Below, one piece after another: positions 11,502-25,076 of a DNA stretch of 64,000 bases. The notes beneath the pieces are model-generated. The model was given only the letters and a program-made list of their open reading frames with translations. It was not told where the DNA came from and made no database searches. Position 1 is the stretch's first letter; each line of letters starts with the position of its first letter. The position numbers and the translations under genes were made by a program. This DNA comes from Veleropilina oligotropha (lineage: Eukaryota): the NCBI GenBank assembly GCA_048128005.1, contig JBEUKZ010000082.1, positions 62,001-126,000 of the forward strand, read 5' to 3'.

Positions 11502-13640
11502 TTAAGTTATTAGTTTGCGGTTTCATATTTTTACTTCACAGAAGTAATCATTTTATTAAAGAAAATTTCCCAGGCTGGTTGTTGTCACCACTGTGGTTGA
11601 TTTTAATTGATGTATGAAAATATCGACGAATTCAGGTTGTGTTTTTCTGCCGATTTCTTATCTACGTGCTCCCGAATTTTCTTTCAATCAGCCAGGGAAC
11701 TTTTCATTGCTGTACGTCTGCTGTAGGTCTCTCCTTCAAGCGAAACAAGGATGCGTTTGTGTGACATATACCTCATGTGAATGCCCCCGCAATGTACCTC
11801 GTATATCTTTGCAGTGACCAGTAACACTACAATGCGATCGTAAAAGTAACTGAAGCAGACGGTGTATACTAATGTTTGTTCAAATTTTGATGACCTAATT
11901 TTCTTTTCTGTAGCTTTGGAAATTAATTTATTTTAAAAATGAAAGCCGTGTGACTTTTAGAACATAACTGTGTGGTGAACATTCCATAGTTTACCCTGCA
12001 GGTCAAAGGTTAATTTCTCTGGGTCACGAAGAGATCAACCGATTGACCTTGTTCTTTGGGTCACATGACGAACTATTTCGAACAAATCAATATCGGGCTA
12101 AAAGGTGATGAACGATGGTTGTTCGGTGGAAATGCCTTGTTGTTTTACGCATATGCAAGTGTCGTTGTACGTGTTAACAATTGAAGTTTATGTTTGCATT
12201 TATTTTGCTTATTTAGTTCTGCTACTATGAATAATCACGATTTGTAAATGTGACATTCATATATAAATATCTATTCGACATGTTAGGTATGTAATATACT
12301 AATGTTGTTGTTTTTATGAACATATAAATATTCCTGCATTATGAAGTAAATCATGGTAGAATTTTGCGGATGACAAGCTACAAAAGATTGTTCTTATAAA
12401 AGTGGTGATGAAATTTTTTATGTTACTCTGATATGTGACAATCGTTGCTTCGTGCGATAATGAATTCCTTTTATACGACATATTAATTATTGAAATATTA
12501 ATTGAACGGCTATCTTCTAAATTTTCGTACAATTTATCCGCAAAATTTTTCCTTTTATCGTGTATTCTGCTATAGTCAATTCGTATATGTATGTGTATCG
12601 TGGTTTACTTGTAGAGAATTATTTAATTAATGACTAAAATCATTCTGTAAATATTTTGATTGAAGCCAAATTATGTAGTGTACCATGTCACAGTCATGAC
12701 ATGGCTAATGGTATCCACTGTTGAACATGCGTTGCCCGAAAATGTCAATATTTTACACATTCTTGTTCAACATGTTTATAATGTCGTTTCCAGTTTGTGA
12801 TTTCCCATGGACTTTACAATTTCAAACATCTGACAAAATGTTTTGCTGTATATCTAGAGTTCCATTTCATTGTTGATAATAGTTTTATTTTGTAAGAATT
12901 TTATTTTGTTGCAAACAAAACTTCTCTAATTTGAATGAGATGTGTGAATTTGAACGGATCAAATATTCAGAGTCGTTGGTTGACAAATATTGATTTAATC
13001 GTTCATGCCAAAGAAGCTGCTTGTATTTTCCAAAATTACTTTTCACTGTATTATATTTTATGTAGATTACCTCAAAGAAACCCCCACCCCCCTCAAACTT
13101 GCACCTTCATAAGCCGTAATTATCTTATCTAAAATGCATGGATTATTTTACATAGATAAGTATTGTAGATTCAATGCATTTGATTTTGTATCAAGAACAA
13201 TGTTAAGGCTGCATTAGTAAGTTGAATTCAGCTGTACTGGACTAGAGTTTTACTTTCAGTTATTTCACTTAACACATTTACAGGCAGCTATGAAATTTAG
13301 CTATAATTGATTTAATACCACACAGTCCCAGGTTTGTTGTCTATTTAGTGTATGATGTATTAAAGAGACCCCCCCCCCTGATCAAATGGAATTTGGGTCT
13401 AGATAGATGCTGGTGTTGAACTTTATGTAACAGGTGTCCCAGCATTTGGAAATGTTTTTTCGTTGCATGTTCGAACTTTATATTTTGATGGATCTGAAGT
13501 CAATGGGACAGTCTTCTCAGAGCAAGGTAGACAACTCTGTATGCCGTTTGTATCATACTTATCACAATATGTTGACGTTTTTACGAATGCTGAAATTGTG
13601 ATGCGTCTTCATTATGAAATAAACGATCATTTTTTACAAA
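11502..13640 (+). other. Probable 2.1-kb syndecan 3' UTR with polyadenylation signal AATAAA at 13618-13623
   Basis: U-rich stretch with no recognisable repeats after the stop codon. Repeats resume just after the AATAAA. Confidence 0.5.
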
Positions 13641-14282
13641 AAGTCTATATTTTCCTTCATATTATAATCATGGCATAGTTGGATTGGTGCTTAATGTTCA
13701 AACAAGGACATGTCAATATTATCGCCATAGGAAATCCCAGTCACTCTGGGAAACCTGACGTTTTCGGCCAGTTACAGACAACTGCAATTAATAACTGAAC
13801 AAAGATTGTCAACCGAGGTTCTAACCCACTTTTAATAACTGAGCAGTCAAGCCGGTGAAGTCCGAGTCGGCACGTGGCCCTACAATATTTGGAGGAAGGA
13901 GAAATATCAGACCTCGGATATGGTAACCAATAACACGAAACTGATCATCCAATATCATGCTGACTAGACTGAACTTGGGTGATTGTAGAGAACCGGTGCG
14001 TTTAACGTGAACCGGAATATGCTACAAGACATCAACATTCTCAGCTGACCAGTCAGACCTTTGAACATGTCTGGGATATTCTTGCCAGGTGCTTGTGGAG
14101 TTATTATCCAAGATGGGGGGGAAAGGGTGCAACCAGCTCTGTAGTAGCATGAGGCAACGTGGTGTGGATGTACAGCAAAATGCCAGACAACACTTCTTCT
14201 GTGTCACACAACGGGAGATAACTAGAGTTCTACTAAAGAGTACAGACCGCCAGATGTTCTTTTGTGAAAATGGGCATCCCAT

Positions 14283-14797
14283 TCCTTGGCTTAGCGTCCG
14301 TCGAGAGATTCCTCGTGATCGCTCTAGATAGACTGATCATTTCATAACGGAATATTTTCAAATTTGGTACGTGCATTGGTTGGGGCGAAGACACAGCACC
14401 TATAGAATTTGGGTGTGGTCCAGCCTCCAAGATGGCCGCCACTGCGCCCGCTGAAAGATTCCTCGGGATCTCTCTAGACAGGCCATTTCTTAAAGGAATG
14501 TTATCAAATTTGGTATGTGAAGTGGTTGTGGCGAGGACATGACCCCTATTTTTGGTGTGGTCCGACCTCCAAGATGGCCGCTGTGGCCTCGCATCTTGGA
14601 TTTTAATACATATTATTCCTTGTGATCGCTCTAGACAGGTCATTTCTTAACGGAATGCTTTCAAATTTGGTTTGGACATCGATTGGGGTAAGGACACAGC
14701 ACGCAAAGATTGTGAATGTGGTTCGACCTCAAAGATTTCCACATTCCTGGATTACCGGGGATACATATGCGGTCACTCGTGACTGAGCGTTCTAGTT
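14283..14797 (+). mobile_element. HINE-like element with 3 degenerate units (related inverted copy at about 30115-30340)
   Basis: Repeated GATCGCTCTAGACAGG...CAAATTTGGTA...CAAGATGGCCGC. Confidence 0.6.
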
Positions 14798-15090
14798 AAT
14801 TGAATTTGGTGTGTCAACAACATTATTCGAATCGATCAAAAAAAATCCCAACACAGTTGCACAAGGTGGGCACAGTTGATCCAGAACGGATGGGCAGCGT
14901 CTCATATGGAGGTGGTTTTCACCTAAAAAACATGTCCAGTATCAATTCTACTCCTACTCGTATATTTACTGGACAATCAGACATAATATTATAATCCAAT
15001 TTAATTGACATGAAAGTTAACAAAGGTGTTGAAATTCTACATCTCTGCCTGGAAAATGATTTCTTGCTTGAAGCTCATTTATAAACTTTT

Positions 15091-18000
15091 TCACTCGCAT
15101 GTTTTCACACTCGTGTGCGTTAACATGTGTGCATGCAAGGATTTCAGATTCAAAAACCATGCTTTACATTCAGTACAGCGTTTAAGCTTAGCCCCAATAT
15201 GCGACACCATGTGAGCGTGCAGTTGTACGTTTTGCAAAAACAACTTTCCGCATAACTTGCACTGGTATGCCGTCTGACCAATGTGGCTTTGCATGTGTGT
15301 TTGCAGTTCATCCGGATGCGTAAATGATGCGCCACAAACTGTACATTTGTTGGCGTCCACTTGCGTGCTCGGTGCTTTTGTACGACCCCTCGATGATTGC
15401 TGTAATGACTTCTTGGGCGGACTATCTTTCGCATTAACACACTCTGAAGAAGTGTGCTCAGTCAACACGTGCTTGCACAGACTTTTGGGGAGAGAACATG
15501 ATCTAACGCAAATTTTGCATTGATGGAATCTCTTATTTCTGTGGATTTCCATTTGCATACGAAGGTCACTCCACCTACAGAACGATCTTTTGCATATACG
15601 ACACTGATACCCTTCTTGATCCGTGGCGTGCGATCTCTTATGCATCCACAGATCGTCGACAACTGAGAATGTTTTGTCACACATGTTGCATTTGTGCGTA
15701 TACCGCGGTCTGTGCGCTTCTGTATGCTTTTGTCGCTCAGTCTCGCTTTTATACGATTTCTTGCATACACTACACTCGTACGTCCTCCTTCGGTGGATTT
15801 GCATGTGTTTCTGAAGACGTTCCGACGATGAAAAAGATTTGCCGCATAATCCACACATGTAAGGCGTTACCCGAGTGTGTTTCACCATGTGTTCTTGCAG
15901 ATCAGTTGACACAAACTTCTTGCAAGCTGCACACCATAGCCTCTTCACAGTGTCGTGCGTTTGCATAGGTTTTTCACCAATGTTCGAATTAGTAAATGAC
16001 TTCTTGTAAACGACCTCGTGGACAACTGTCTGATTGGCATGTCGTAGCATATGCATGCGAAGATCGTGACGTTGGGTAAACCCCCTGCCACATTCACCGC
16101 ACAAGTACACCTTGTTGACATTGTGTGTCAGCATGTGTTCACGGATGTAGTTTCCCCTCGATAGCGATTCGTTGCACAGACTACAGTGTGTTATCTTCTT
16201 CCCGAAATGAGACAACATATGTTTGCGAAGCGTTCCATGGAAAGAAAATGATTTTTCACACAAACTACACTTGTGGTCCTTGATCTTCACATGCGTTTCC
16301 ATGTGCATAAAAAGATGCTTCAACTTTGAAAACGGAATTTTACATACTTTGCAATGGTGTGTCTTCCAATCATATCCACTATCATGTGTTCGCATATGTT
16401 TTCGGAGATAGCCCAGAATGCTAAATGATTTGTCGCATAGGGTACAGTTGTGCACCTTCTTTCCGCTGTGTGACAGCAAATGCCTTCGAAGATAGGCCGG
16501 ACGAGGAAAACACTTTGCGCACACATCACATTTATATGCATTTTTTGTTGCATGCTTTAGTATATGTCTTTGCAGATGAATTGCGCTTGAAAATAACCTG
16601 TTACACAATGTACACTTGTGCACCGGCTTTGTCTTATGAGATTTCATATGTGCAGAAACACTATCTTGACTGGGAAACAGTAGGTGACACGAGTCACATT
16701 TAAAATTCATCGTAACGGTTGGAGTGATATCCACTTCACTGGCTTTGTGCCCATCAAGTTCGCCAGCATGACCAGCGTGCATCACCATGTGCATGCGGAA
16801 CTTATCTGTTAGTGTGAATGACCTTCTGCACAAAGTACATTGAAGAACGTTCTGTTCCTCGTGTGCTAACATGTGCACGCACAAAATGCTTATTTGTGAA
16901 AAGGATCTTGTGCATACATTACATTTATGTGCATTTGTTTCACTGTTGAGCATCGATTGGATGTTTTGATCATTGTTTTGTATTAACGTCGGGGTTGTTT
17001 GAATTGTCTCACTGTTGAGCATTGCCAGGATGTTTTGATTATTTTGAGCATTTTTTTCTACAGTGGGAATCAACAGACGTTTGTGGGGTTCTGTCACACC
17101 GTCGGCCAATTTATTTTTTCCTTTGTGCATAGACTTCATGTGTCGTCGTAGACTTGTGGCGTTTGATAAAAATTTGCTGCAAACGTTACACTTCTTTGCA
17201 CTTATATTTGTGTGCCTGCGCTTGTGCATATTTAGGGCCCTGTTGCTAGAAAATACCTTGTCGCACAGGGTACAACCGTGCAACGTCTCCTCGTGGGCAG
17301 TCGCCATATGCGTTTTGAAGTCGTCGAGCATCAAAAACGAATCGTTGCAAGCTCCACACTGATACTGATAGGATGTCTTGCATGCATGGACTTCGCTATG
17401 TCTCTTTAAGTTTGATGGCAATGAATAGCATTTGCCGCACTCTTTGCACCGGTACGATTTTGTTCCTTTCGTATGTTGCAACTTGTGTCTTTTAAGAACG
17501 TCAAGCATGGCAAAGGATTTCTCGCAAATGTCACATTTATACGGCTTCACTTTGAAGTGTTTGATCATCATGTGTCGCCGAAGTCTATCCTTGGTGGAAA
17601 AACATTGGCCGCAAAAGCTGCAGGTATTGGTTTTGTCTTGTGACTTGTGTGCGTTTAGCACATGTGCTCGAAGACTTGATGGCAAGGCAAACGACTCTTG
17701 ACAAAAACTACACATGTGCGGTATCTCACCACTGTGCATGCTTAGCTTGTGACGACGAAGTTCCACTAAGTTCTCAAACGACAACTGACATAAGCTACAC
17801 TGATTTGGAATGTAGCCATGTAGCGATACCATATGGTTTTGTAAGGTCAACAGTTGAGAAAACGATTTCTTGCAGACTTTGCAGTGGTGTACTATTTTCT
17901 CTTGGTGTTGTTTAATCATGTGTCGTGAGAGATCGCTGGCACTTGGCAGGGATTTTCCACAGAGAGTACATGGGAGCACGTTTGCAGCGTGGCACATCAA

Positions 18001-18225
18001 TTTGTGTTGACGAAGAGCGTCCTCCGCGATAAACGCTATATCACATTCCGTGCAGTGATGTGTCGTCGCGCCCTGGTGGAGAAGCAAATGCGGACAGATG
18101 TGACCACGCAAAGAAATAGCATCACCATTTTCCATTTTGTCTGCAATAGTTTTCATACATAAATCGCACGGCAGGGAATCAAGCAAGGTTTGGGATTCAC
18201 ATTGATTAGAGACGTCATCGGCCAT
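15091..18225 (-). CDS. Multi-C2H2 zinc-finger protein, paralog A (1044 aa, about 29 intact and 2 degenerate fingers)
   Basis: Long ORF of CxxC...HxxxH repeats. The first ATG is at 18225 (ATCATGGCC); the ORF-track start at 18276 is TTG. There is a splice acceptor upstream at 18381. Confidence 0.93.
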   Translation of the reverse strand: MADDVSNQCESQTLLDSLPCDLCMKTIADKMENGDAISLRGHICPHLLLHQGATTHHCTECDIAFIAEDALRQHKLMCHAANVLPCTLCGKSLPSASDLSRHMIKQHQEKIVHHCKVCKKSFSQLLTLQNHMVSLHGYIPNQCSLCQLSFENLVELRRHKLSMHSGEIPHMCSFCQESFALPSSLRAHVLNAHKSQDKTNTCSFCGQCFSTKDRLRRHMMIKHFKVKPYKCDICEKSFAMLDVLKRHKLQHTKGTKSYRCKECGKCYSLPSNLKRHSEVHACKTSYQYQCGACNDSFLMLDDFKTHMATAHEETLHGCTLCDKVFSSNRALNMHKRRHTNISAKKCNVCSKFLSNATSLRRHMKSMHKGKNKLADGVTEPHKRLLIPTVEKNAQNNQNILAMLNSETIQTTPTLIQNNDQNIQSMLNSETNAHKCNVCTRSFSQISILCVHMLAHEEQNVLQCTLCRRSFTLTDKFRMHMVMHAGHAGELDGHKASEVDITPTVTMNFKCDSCHLLFPSQDSVSAHMKSHKTKPVHKCTLCNRLFSSAIHLQRHILKHATKNAYKCDVCAKCFPRPAYLRRHLLSHSGKKVHNCTLCDKSFSILGYLRKHMRTHDSGYDWKTHHCKVCKIPFSKLKHLFMHMETHVKIKDHKCSLCEKSFSFHGTLRKHMLSHFGKKITHCSLCNESLSRGNYIREHMLTHNVNKVYLCGECGRGFTQRHDLRMHMLRHANQTVVHEVVYKKSFTNSNIGEKPMQTHDTVKRLWCAACKKFVSTDLQEHMVKHTRVTPYMCGLCGKSFSSSERLQKHMQIHRRRTYECSVCKKSYKSETERQKHTEAHRPRYTHKCNMCDKTFSVVDDLWMHKRSHATDQEGYQCRICKRSFCRWSDLRMQMEIHRNKRFHQCKICVRSCSLPKSLCKHVLTEHTSSECVNAKDSPPKKSLQQSSRGRTKAPSTQVDANKCTVCGASFTHPDELQTHMQSHIGQTAYQCKLCGKLFLQNVQLHAHMVSHIGAKLKRCTECKAWFLNLKSLHAHMLTHTSVKTCE

Positions 18226-21200
18226 GATGACAGTTGATTCACACGACGTGTTTTTTCTTTTTACATCAGATGACAACCTTTGTTTAATTTATTTGTGTTA
18301 TAATATAAGCACGATTCCACAACATCAGACTTCCGTCGAGGCGTTGCAAGCATAACCCTGGATGTATGGTAACGTGGAAACTGAAAGAAACAAAGAAGAA
18401 CAATTAAGATAATAAAAATAAATTCTTTACAATAACCAAGACATGGTTGAAAAATATATATTCATAACTTGGAATTTTTCATGATATTAATTTTAGGTTT
18501 CATACCTAAAATATTAGAAAACGGCTATTTTCTTAAGAATCTTTACAGGAAATTACTAGTAATTATTGTTATTCCACAATGTTCAACCTGAGAAATTTAA
18601 TCCACTCTTGCAATTGGGGACATGGCTGTTGCCACACGACCACCCAGTAATCTCGGAGGCAGATCTCCCAAATGGGTTGTTAAGTGGTTTAATCCCTCAT
18701 TGAGAAATGTATATAGTTGAGAAGATGTTGTTATTGGTAAAAGGCTTAATGTAAAAATTGTTCAGTTAATTTACTTGAGAACTTGGTTTTGAATTTATTT
18801 TCATCATTTTGGCCACACAACTTGTAGTCTTGCTCAGGTAATGATCTTCTTTCCTACAGGACGCGTTAGATGGAGTGAAGTTGGTATCCCTGGTGGCTGA
18901 GTGTCATCTAAAGTATCTATACCCTCCTTTACAGTCAGTCTTGCGAGTGATGTATAGGTTACTAACAGAGTTGGAGGTATTCATCGATTTGAAAGACCTG
19001 CGCCCGTGCGGATCGTGACACAGAGACCGCGACGCAGTAGAGGTGTTACCGCACGGAAGCAGGTCTTTCAAATCGATGAATACTGACTAACGAGGTTTGT
19101 AACCGACTTACACAACGGCCAATTAGCTCCTTTGTTGTCAATTTCTCTTGTGATCAGCTTTATCCGTCTTGCACGGACGCAGGTCGGTATAGAGTGAAAA
19201 GTAGGGTGGTATGGCCATACCACCCTACTTTTGAATCGTCATTGAAAACAAGGTGTTCACGCTGAATACCAACCTCTTCAAAGCAAAAGAGCCGTTGTGT
19301 AAGATTGAGATATTGGATTGGGACAATGTGGCTTGCAATTGGTAATGATCACCTACGTACCACAGTGCGGCTGCTCAAGGGGAACTTGCTCGGATCAACG
19401 GCGAGGAAAGTGACAGGCTCCCACTTTTTCTAGATCTACGTGATAGTCGTGACATGTCGCATTGTAGTGGATGCAAGCAGCATCACCATATCACGTAGAG
19501 AAGGAGTTCTATAAATAAGCACAGCCTCGATAGATGTGGGCGCCTGTCACTTTCCTCATAGTAGACCTGTGCAAGTGCCTCTTGTTCATAAGTACTCTGC
19601 AGGCAGCCATATGGTCTGGAGCGCTGATCAAAGGCTCTAAAATCACTGGCTTGTCTGTTCTGACTAACAGGAGTGTGTTCGAACCTCGGTTGTCGCAATG
19701 GCATTCTTGCTCAATTACCTAACCCGAACGGGCTTTGCTCCCCGATAATATGTCCTGGATTAAACCTGAAGGTTGTAATATACAGGGTATTAAACATCGA
19801 TACAATTCAATCCAATCATAAAGAACTCTCAAAAACATTCCTTTTCAATTTCACGAGCACACAAGTTTCCTGATGATGGATAGATAGATGCTTAATGTCC
19901 TGTTTACAACTATCAGGTTCACGACAGGACATGCCCATATTATCGTGGGAGGAAAGCCCGGGGAGTTCAACCCGCCCTCTCCGGACAACAGCGATTGATA
20001 ACCGAGCAAAGAATATAATGCCCCAGCCGAGATTCGAAACCACTCCTCTTAGTGCAATTGAGTCAGTGATTTCCGAGTCTGCACTCTATATCACAAGACT
20101 AACGTGGCGGCTCGTTTCCTGATGACACTAAATCACAAAATTTTCTTATATGTGGGGACTATGTCACTGGACTAACGCTTGGATATGATCACTAATTTAA
20201 ATCCATGCCTGCATCTACTTAACCGAATCACAATGCAGACTGTTATATTTTACTGCAAAACTTTATTTACCCTATTTTTCAATGATGAGTAACAGGTCTT
20301 AGAAGCCAATTTCATTTCTCGGCCAATGAGAGAGCAGTATTTCTCGTCAATTATTGCTGAAGACGGCACTTTGCAGGTCTATTGTTTGCGATGCCCTACC
20401 CATTATTAAGAATAGGGGTGACAGGTTGTAATGTTAATATGGATCTTCTTGATATATTGGTAAAAAAGCTAATTATTTTGTAATAAATATGTGTTTCGAT
20501 AACATAAATAGTTTAACAAATTAGATAATTATAAATAATTTGTGTGGAGAAATGAAATTAGCTTCTAAGTCGGTTAGACGGCAGCTTGTAGACTTATCAA
20601 AAAGTAGTCTCGCCCTACGGGCTCGACTCCTATTTTGCTAAGACTCTCCAATCCGCCATCTAACCTATACTTTGAGCATCAATTGTCTCTCCTAATAACT
20701 TACGAGTTGAATAAGGGACGCTTGTCAGAAGTTTTCAATCCATGATATAACAACACATCTACAGTTCGGTGACTCCATCCTGCAGAGGCTGCAGCGGAGG
20801 TAGAGTTTATAAGAGCGCTAGCTCTCAATCCACGCGGTTGGCCGATGTCAAAATCTTTGGCTGAACCCTAGTTCCAGTCCATAATTATTAATTAATCGAC
20901 GAGCGAGATTTATGTCCTAGTATGAACCCGAAGGTTGTTAAAATGACACATTAAGCATTGATCCACGCCAAACCAAATCTAACATATCGAGCCAATTAAT
21001 ATCGTGGGTCACAATATTGTTGCGCTACCGATGCACAAAATCCTCAGACCTGTGAAAACCACAGTACCACAGCGAGTGACAGATAATGGACTAACTTGAT
21101 CGATATAGCTGCATAGAACAGCTGCACGTAGAGATTTCACAATGCGAGTGGACTTAAACCTATATACGACGACTTCAGTTCATATTATTTTTTACTTTTA

Positions 21201-21438
21201 TTTAGTAAACCAGAGATTACAATGTATTTTTGCTATGCAAAATAAGGAAAACATCTAAATTTGACAAGCTGACGTTAAAATCATTATATCAGATATATAT
21301 ATATATATATATATACAGTACATACAGGCATATATATATATATAAAAGTGAAGAGTATATATGTTATCGTTAACACCACTCTGACAATATATTAATGTTT
21401 AGTGCAATTATGAAATGATTAGGAAACGGTGACTGAAT

Positions 21439-21733
21439 TTACAAAATGACATGCAAGACAATTTCATCTGCATTGAACCTTGATATAGACTTCACAAAAT
21501 GACATGCAAGACAATTTGATCTGAATTGAACCTTGATGCTTTACAAAATGACATGCAAGACAATTTGATCTGAATTGAACCTTGATGCTTTACAAAATGA
21601 CATGCAAGACAATTTGATCTGAATTGAACCTCGATGCTTTACAAAATGCCTTGCAAGACAATTTGATCTGAATTGAACCTTGATGCTTTACAAAATGACA
21701 TGCAAGACAATTTCATCTGAATTGAACTTTGAT
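21439..21733. repeat. 49-bp minisatellite, about 6 copies
   Basis: Unit TTACAAAATGACATGCAAGACAATTTGATCTGAATTGAACCTTGATGCT. Confidence 0.95.
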
Positions 21734-24700
21734 ATTGGCATTCATAGATCATAATCAAGTTACTGAATATTAATTGGGCGAATATTTAATGAAGGGAACC
21801 CCATCACTTGAGGAATAAGGAACACAGTCATTATGTTACGTTTCTTTATTAAAGGATCAGGTTCTCTTAAATATTGATCTCAGTATAGATTAAACTTGTG
21901 GTACAGTGCATGATGAATATAACATTGTCACAGAAATCCATTATATTGTGATATTTGACTCTCCTGAATTACATGTACCAGTAAACAATACATGTGCAGA
22001 TTAAACTGCATATTAACTGCTTTCATTGCTAAAGCCATGCCATAACAACAGCTCTAAATGAGTTTAATATATAAAGCAACGTATCAATCACTTATATTTC
22101 GCTCAACTGGTTGAGAATCGGGAAAATGAGAAGTGGGACCGTCGCAAGTGGCTATATATTCTAACGATTAAAACAAATAAATATCCCTAATGTATGTCAG
22201 TCGGATCGGATTGAGACCTTAATCCAGGTGCAGTCCTGACTATGATACAGCTGAAAAATTGCTAAAATGTCTGACCTCGGATATTGTAACCAACACAGAA
22301 ATTGGTCGTAAAACAATGCAGTCAACCAACTTGCATCCAGGTGTAGATGAAATCGTCATATATCAAGTATACAATGAGACAAAGAATGCCCATGGTTGAA
22401 TATGGAGCAAATATTGAAATTTCAATTAAATAGCTATAAATATTACTACTCTAGAGTTAGATGACATCAACATAGTCATATCAGTCACAAAATGATGCCA
22501 CAGCATATGGTGTAAGGGAGACAACTCATGACACATTGAGAAATCCTAACCAAAAATGGCATGATGGAGAAACTTGAACAACCAAAACCAATTGTTGACG
22601 TCGGTCGGATGACGAACAGATGCCATTCTTATTAACTACATTTGCGCTGTATGTGAGCTAAATATATATATATGCATATATAATATAAGAGCGAGCTAAT
22701 GTCACTTTTCCATGATCTGTACTTGAAATGACAATTTTAAGTATACATCAATAATTATAATGATTTCAGCAAGATGGTCTCATTTGAATTTTACTAAATA
22801 ACATATATATGAACCTTCTGATTAGCCAAGGTATATGTAGTATCATGAGTGAACATAATGAAATATCTGGCATGTCTGAACTGGTGAAACAAACACTCCT
22901 TCACCGGTTATGGCCTGTATAGACTGTTAAATTATAACTATCTTTGACCTCGAGTCGTGAACTTACAGTCCAAGTAGCACAAGCAGACCGAGATACGATT
23001 TTGCACCAAAGCCGACCTCGGCATATTGAATATCATCGCATTGTAGTAGCATCATACCACTAGGCTAGATAACACTCCATTTGGGAACATTGAATTACAC
23101 GATTTCAATATTTACGACCATCATGTGAGCATCCAGTGTTTTGATTGGCATGGCATTATTAGTTACATTTATTAAACGATACCATATGGCCATATCTCTC
23201 ATGGTTTTGGTTGTCTTGCTTCGTACAAAATGCGAACAAAGAATTATATATATAGGTATTTAATAGAACTCTACAATTTCAAGAACCCATTATTCCAAAT
23301 TGGAAATTTACATAAAAATAATATTGTGACATCACCCTGGATGATGAAGAGACCGGGATGTCTCGAAAGCTACCTTAGTAGCTTAAATCCCTGACTCCCA
23401 AAGGTAACTATCATTAAGTATAAAAATATTACTTTCAAGATATATTCTGGTCAAATTGTACAGTATTGCAACACGATATTGATAGTTGAGCGCCTTTGTA
23501 CAGCCCGATAACATTTGTTATTGAGAAATTCAACCGACATGCAATCAATCCACATATTATATTATTACATGCACTACAAATCCAACCATTTCATTAATTC
23601 AGTGTACAACACTACGACACCATCCGTTTGGGATCGTCAAATCTCCCTTGATTTTAATAATTGTACCGTCACCGATATACGATGCTTTGGCAAAATATAA
23701 TGCATAATCCCTGAATATGGCATTTGAAATGGTAAATTCGTCACACGGATTCTTTACTGTCCTGGCATGGGATTATACGTGCAAGTAAAAACCTATACCG
23801 TGACATAATTTCACTCTGTGAGCAAGCAAGGACAGAAATACCAATACATGTATTATACACTAGCTAGCCTTGGAAATTGAAATATTCTTTCTAACAATAA
23901 ACCCTTGTACACGATGCGCCTTAACACAATATTTATATATAACAGCCAATAACAACAAAGTGATAACAATCGATATATCCACAATAATAGATATAACTAT
24001 CAATAACTCACTGCATATTACATGTGATATCGAATACTTATTATTAAAATTTCGTCTTCACTTTTTTTTTAAGTCAATGCGTAAATCCGCAAATATTTAC
24101 ATTTTGCATTAATCTGTTAGAAACTAGAAAAATGTGTCCACCGGACACGGATGCCCCCACTGGCAGCCTTTAGCAACGAAGTATGAATGATGATAAGCAA
24201 GTGTACAAAGTATCAAGTCAATCCATGAATGCAAATAGAAGTTATAGCAGATTGGAGTTGCTTACACGCAAATACTGGTTTCGGGACGGACGGGACGGAC
24301 GGACGGGACGGACAAGAGTAAATCTAAATGCCACCCCAATAAATTGGTGGTGGCATAAAAATGCCACGATACTGGTTAGGATCGATGGTCAATGTCCTTT
24401 TTTAGCAACCTTCAGGATCATATCAGGACGTCCATAATATCTCAGAAGGAAAGCACTCGCCGGCCAGTTACATGGCCCATTGTTAACTGAACGTAGAATG
24501 CAGCGCAGAGGAATCGAACAGATTTCTGCTAGACAGTAATAAAGTAGGTGCTACAATCTTGTTCACGTTTGATTCTGTGATTCAACATAAATGGTTTCAA
24601 CAAAGAGAAAAGGAAAGGATCTATCTTTATGTCCTGTATATTTACAACCATCAAGTTCAAAGCAGGACATGTGCATATTATCGCAGGAGGAAAGCCCGGT

Positions 24701-25076
24701 AACTAGGGAAAACGCTGCCATCTCCGACCAGTTACGGACAACTACGATTCATAACTTGAACAAATCATGTCATGTCCCAACCAAGATTCGAACCCTACTG
24801 CTCACATTAGCGGAACCAAGCCAGAGATTGATATTCAGAGTTTGCAATCGAATCCACACGAAGGTCGGGTCAGCCGATTAATTTTGAAAAGAGAGGGTGA
24901 AATTTTAATAATTAAACGCGGATTGCCCTACGATTGATTCAGTGATTCAACATAGTGGATAATTTACATTAACAAAGAGAAGTGTCTATTTTTACAAGTG
25001 TGATGGCATGCCATACGATTAAACAAAATGTCATTTCCCACGAATGATTCATCACAAACGCCAAAATTTTAGCGTT

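Noticed and set aside
18226..18276. 17-aa N-terminal extension of ZF paralog A
   Set aside because: It starts at TTG. The ATG at 18225 aligns with the start of paralog B.
21439..21733. Possible CRISPR array
   Set aside because: The whole 49-bp unit repeats head-to-tail without variable spacers.
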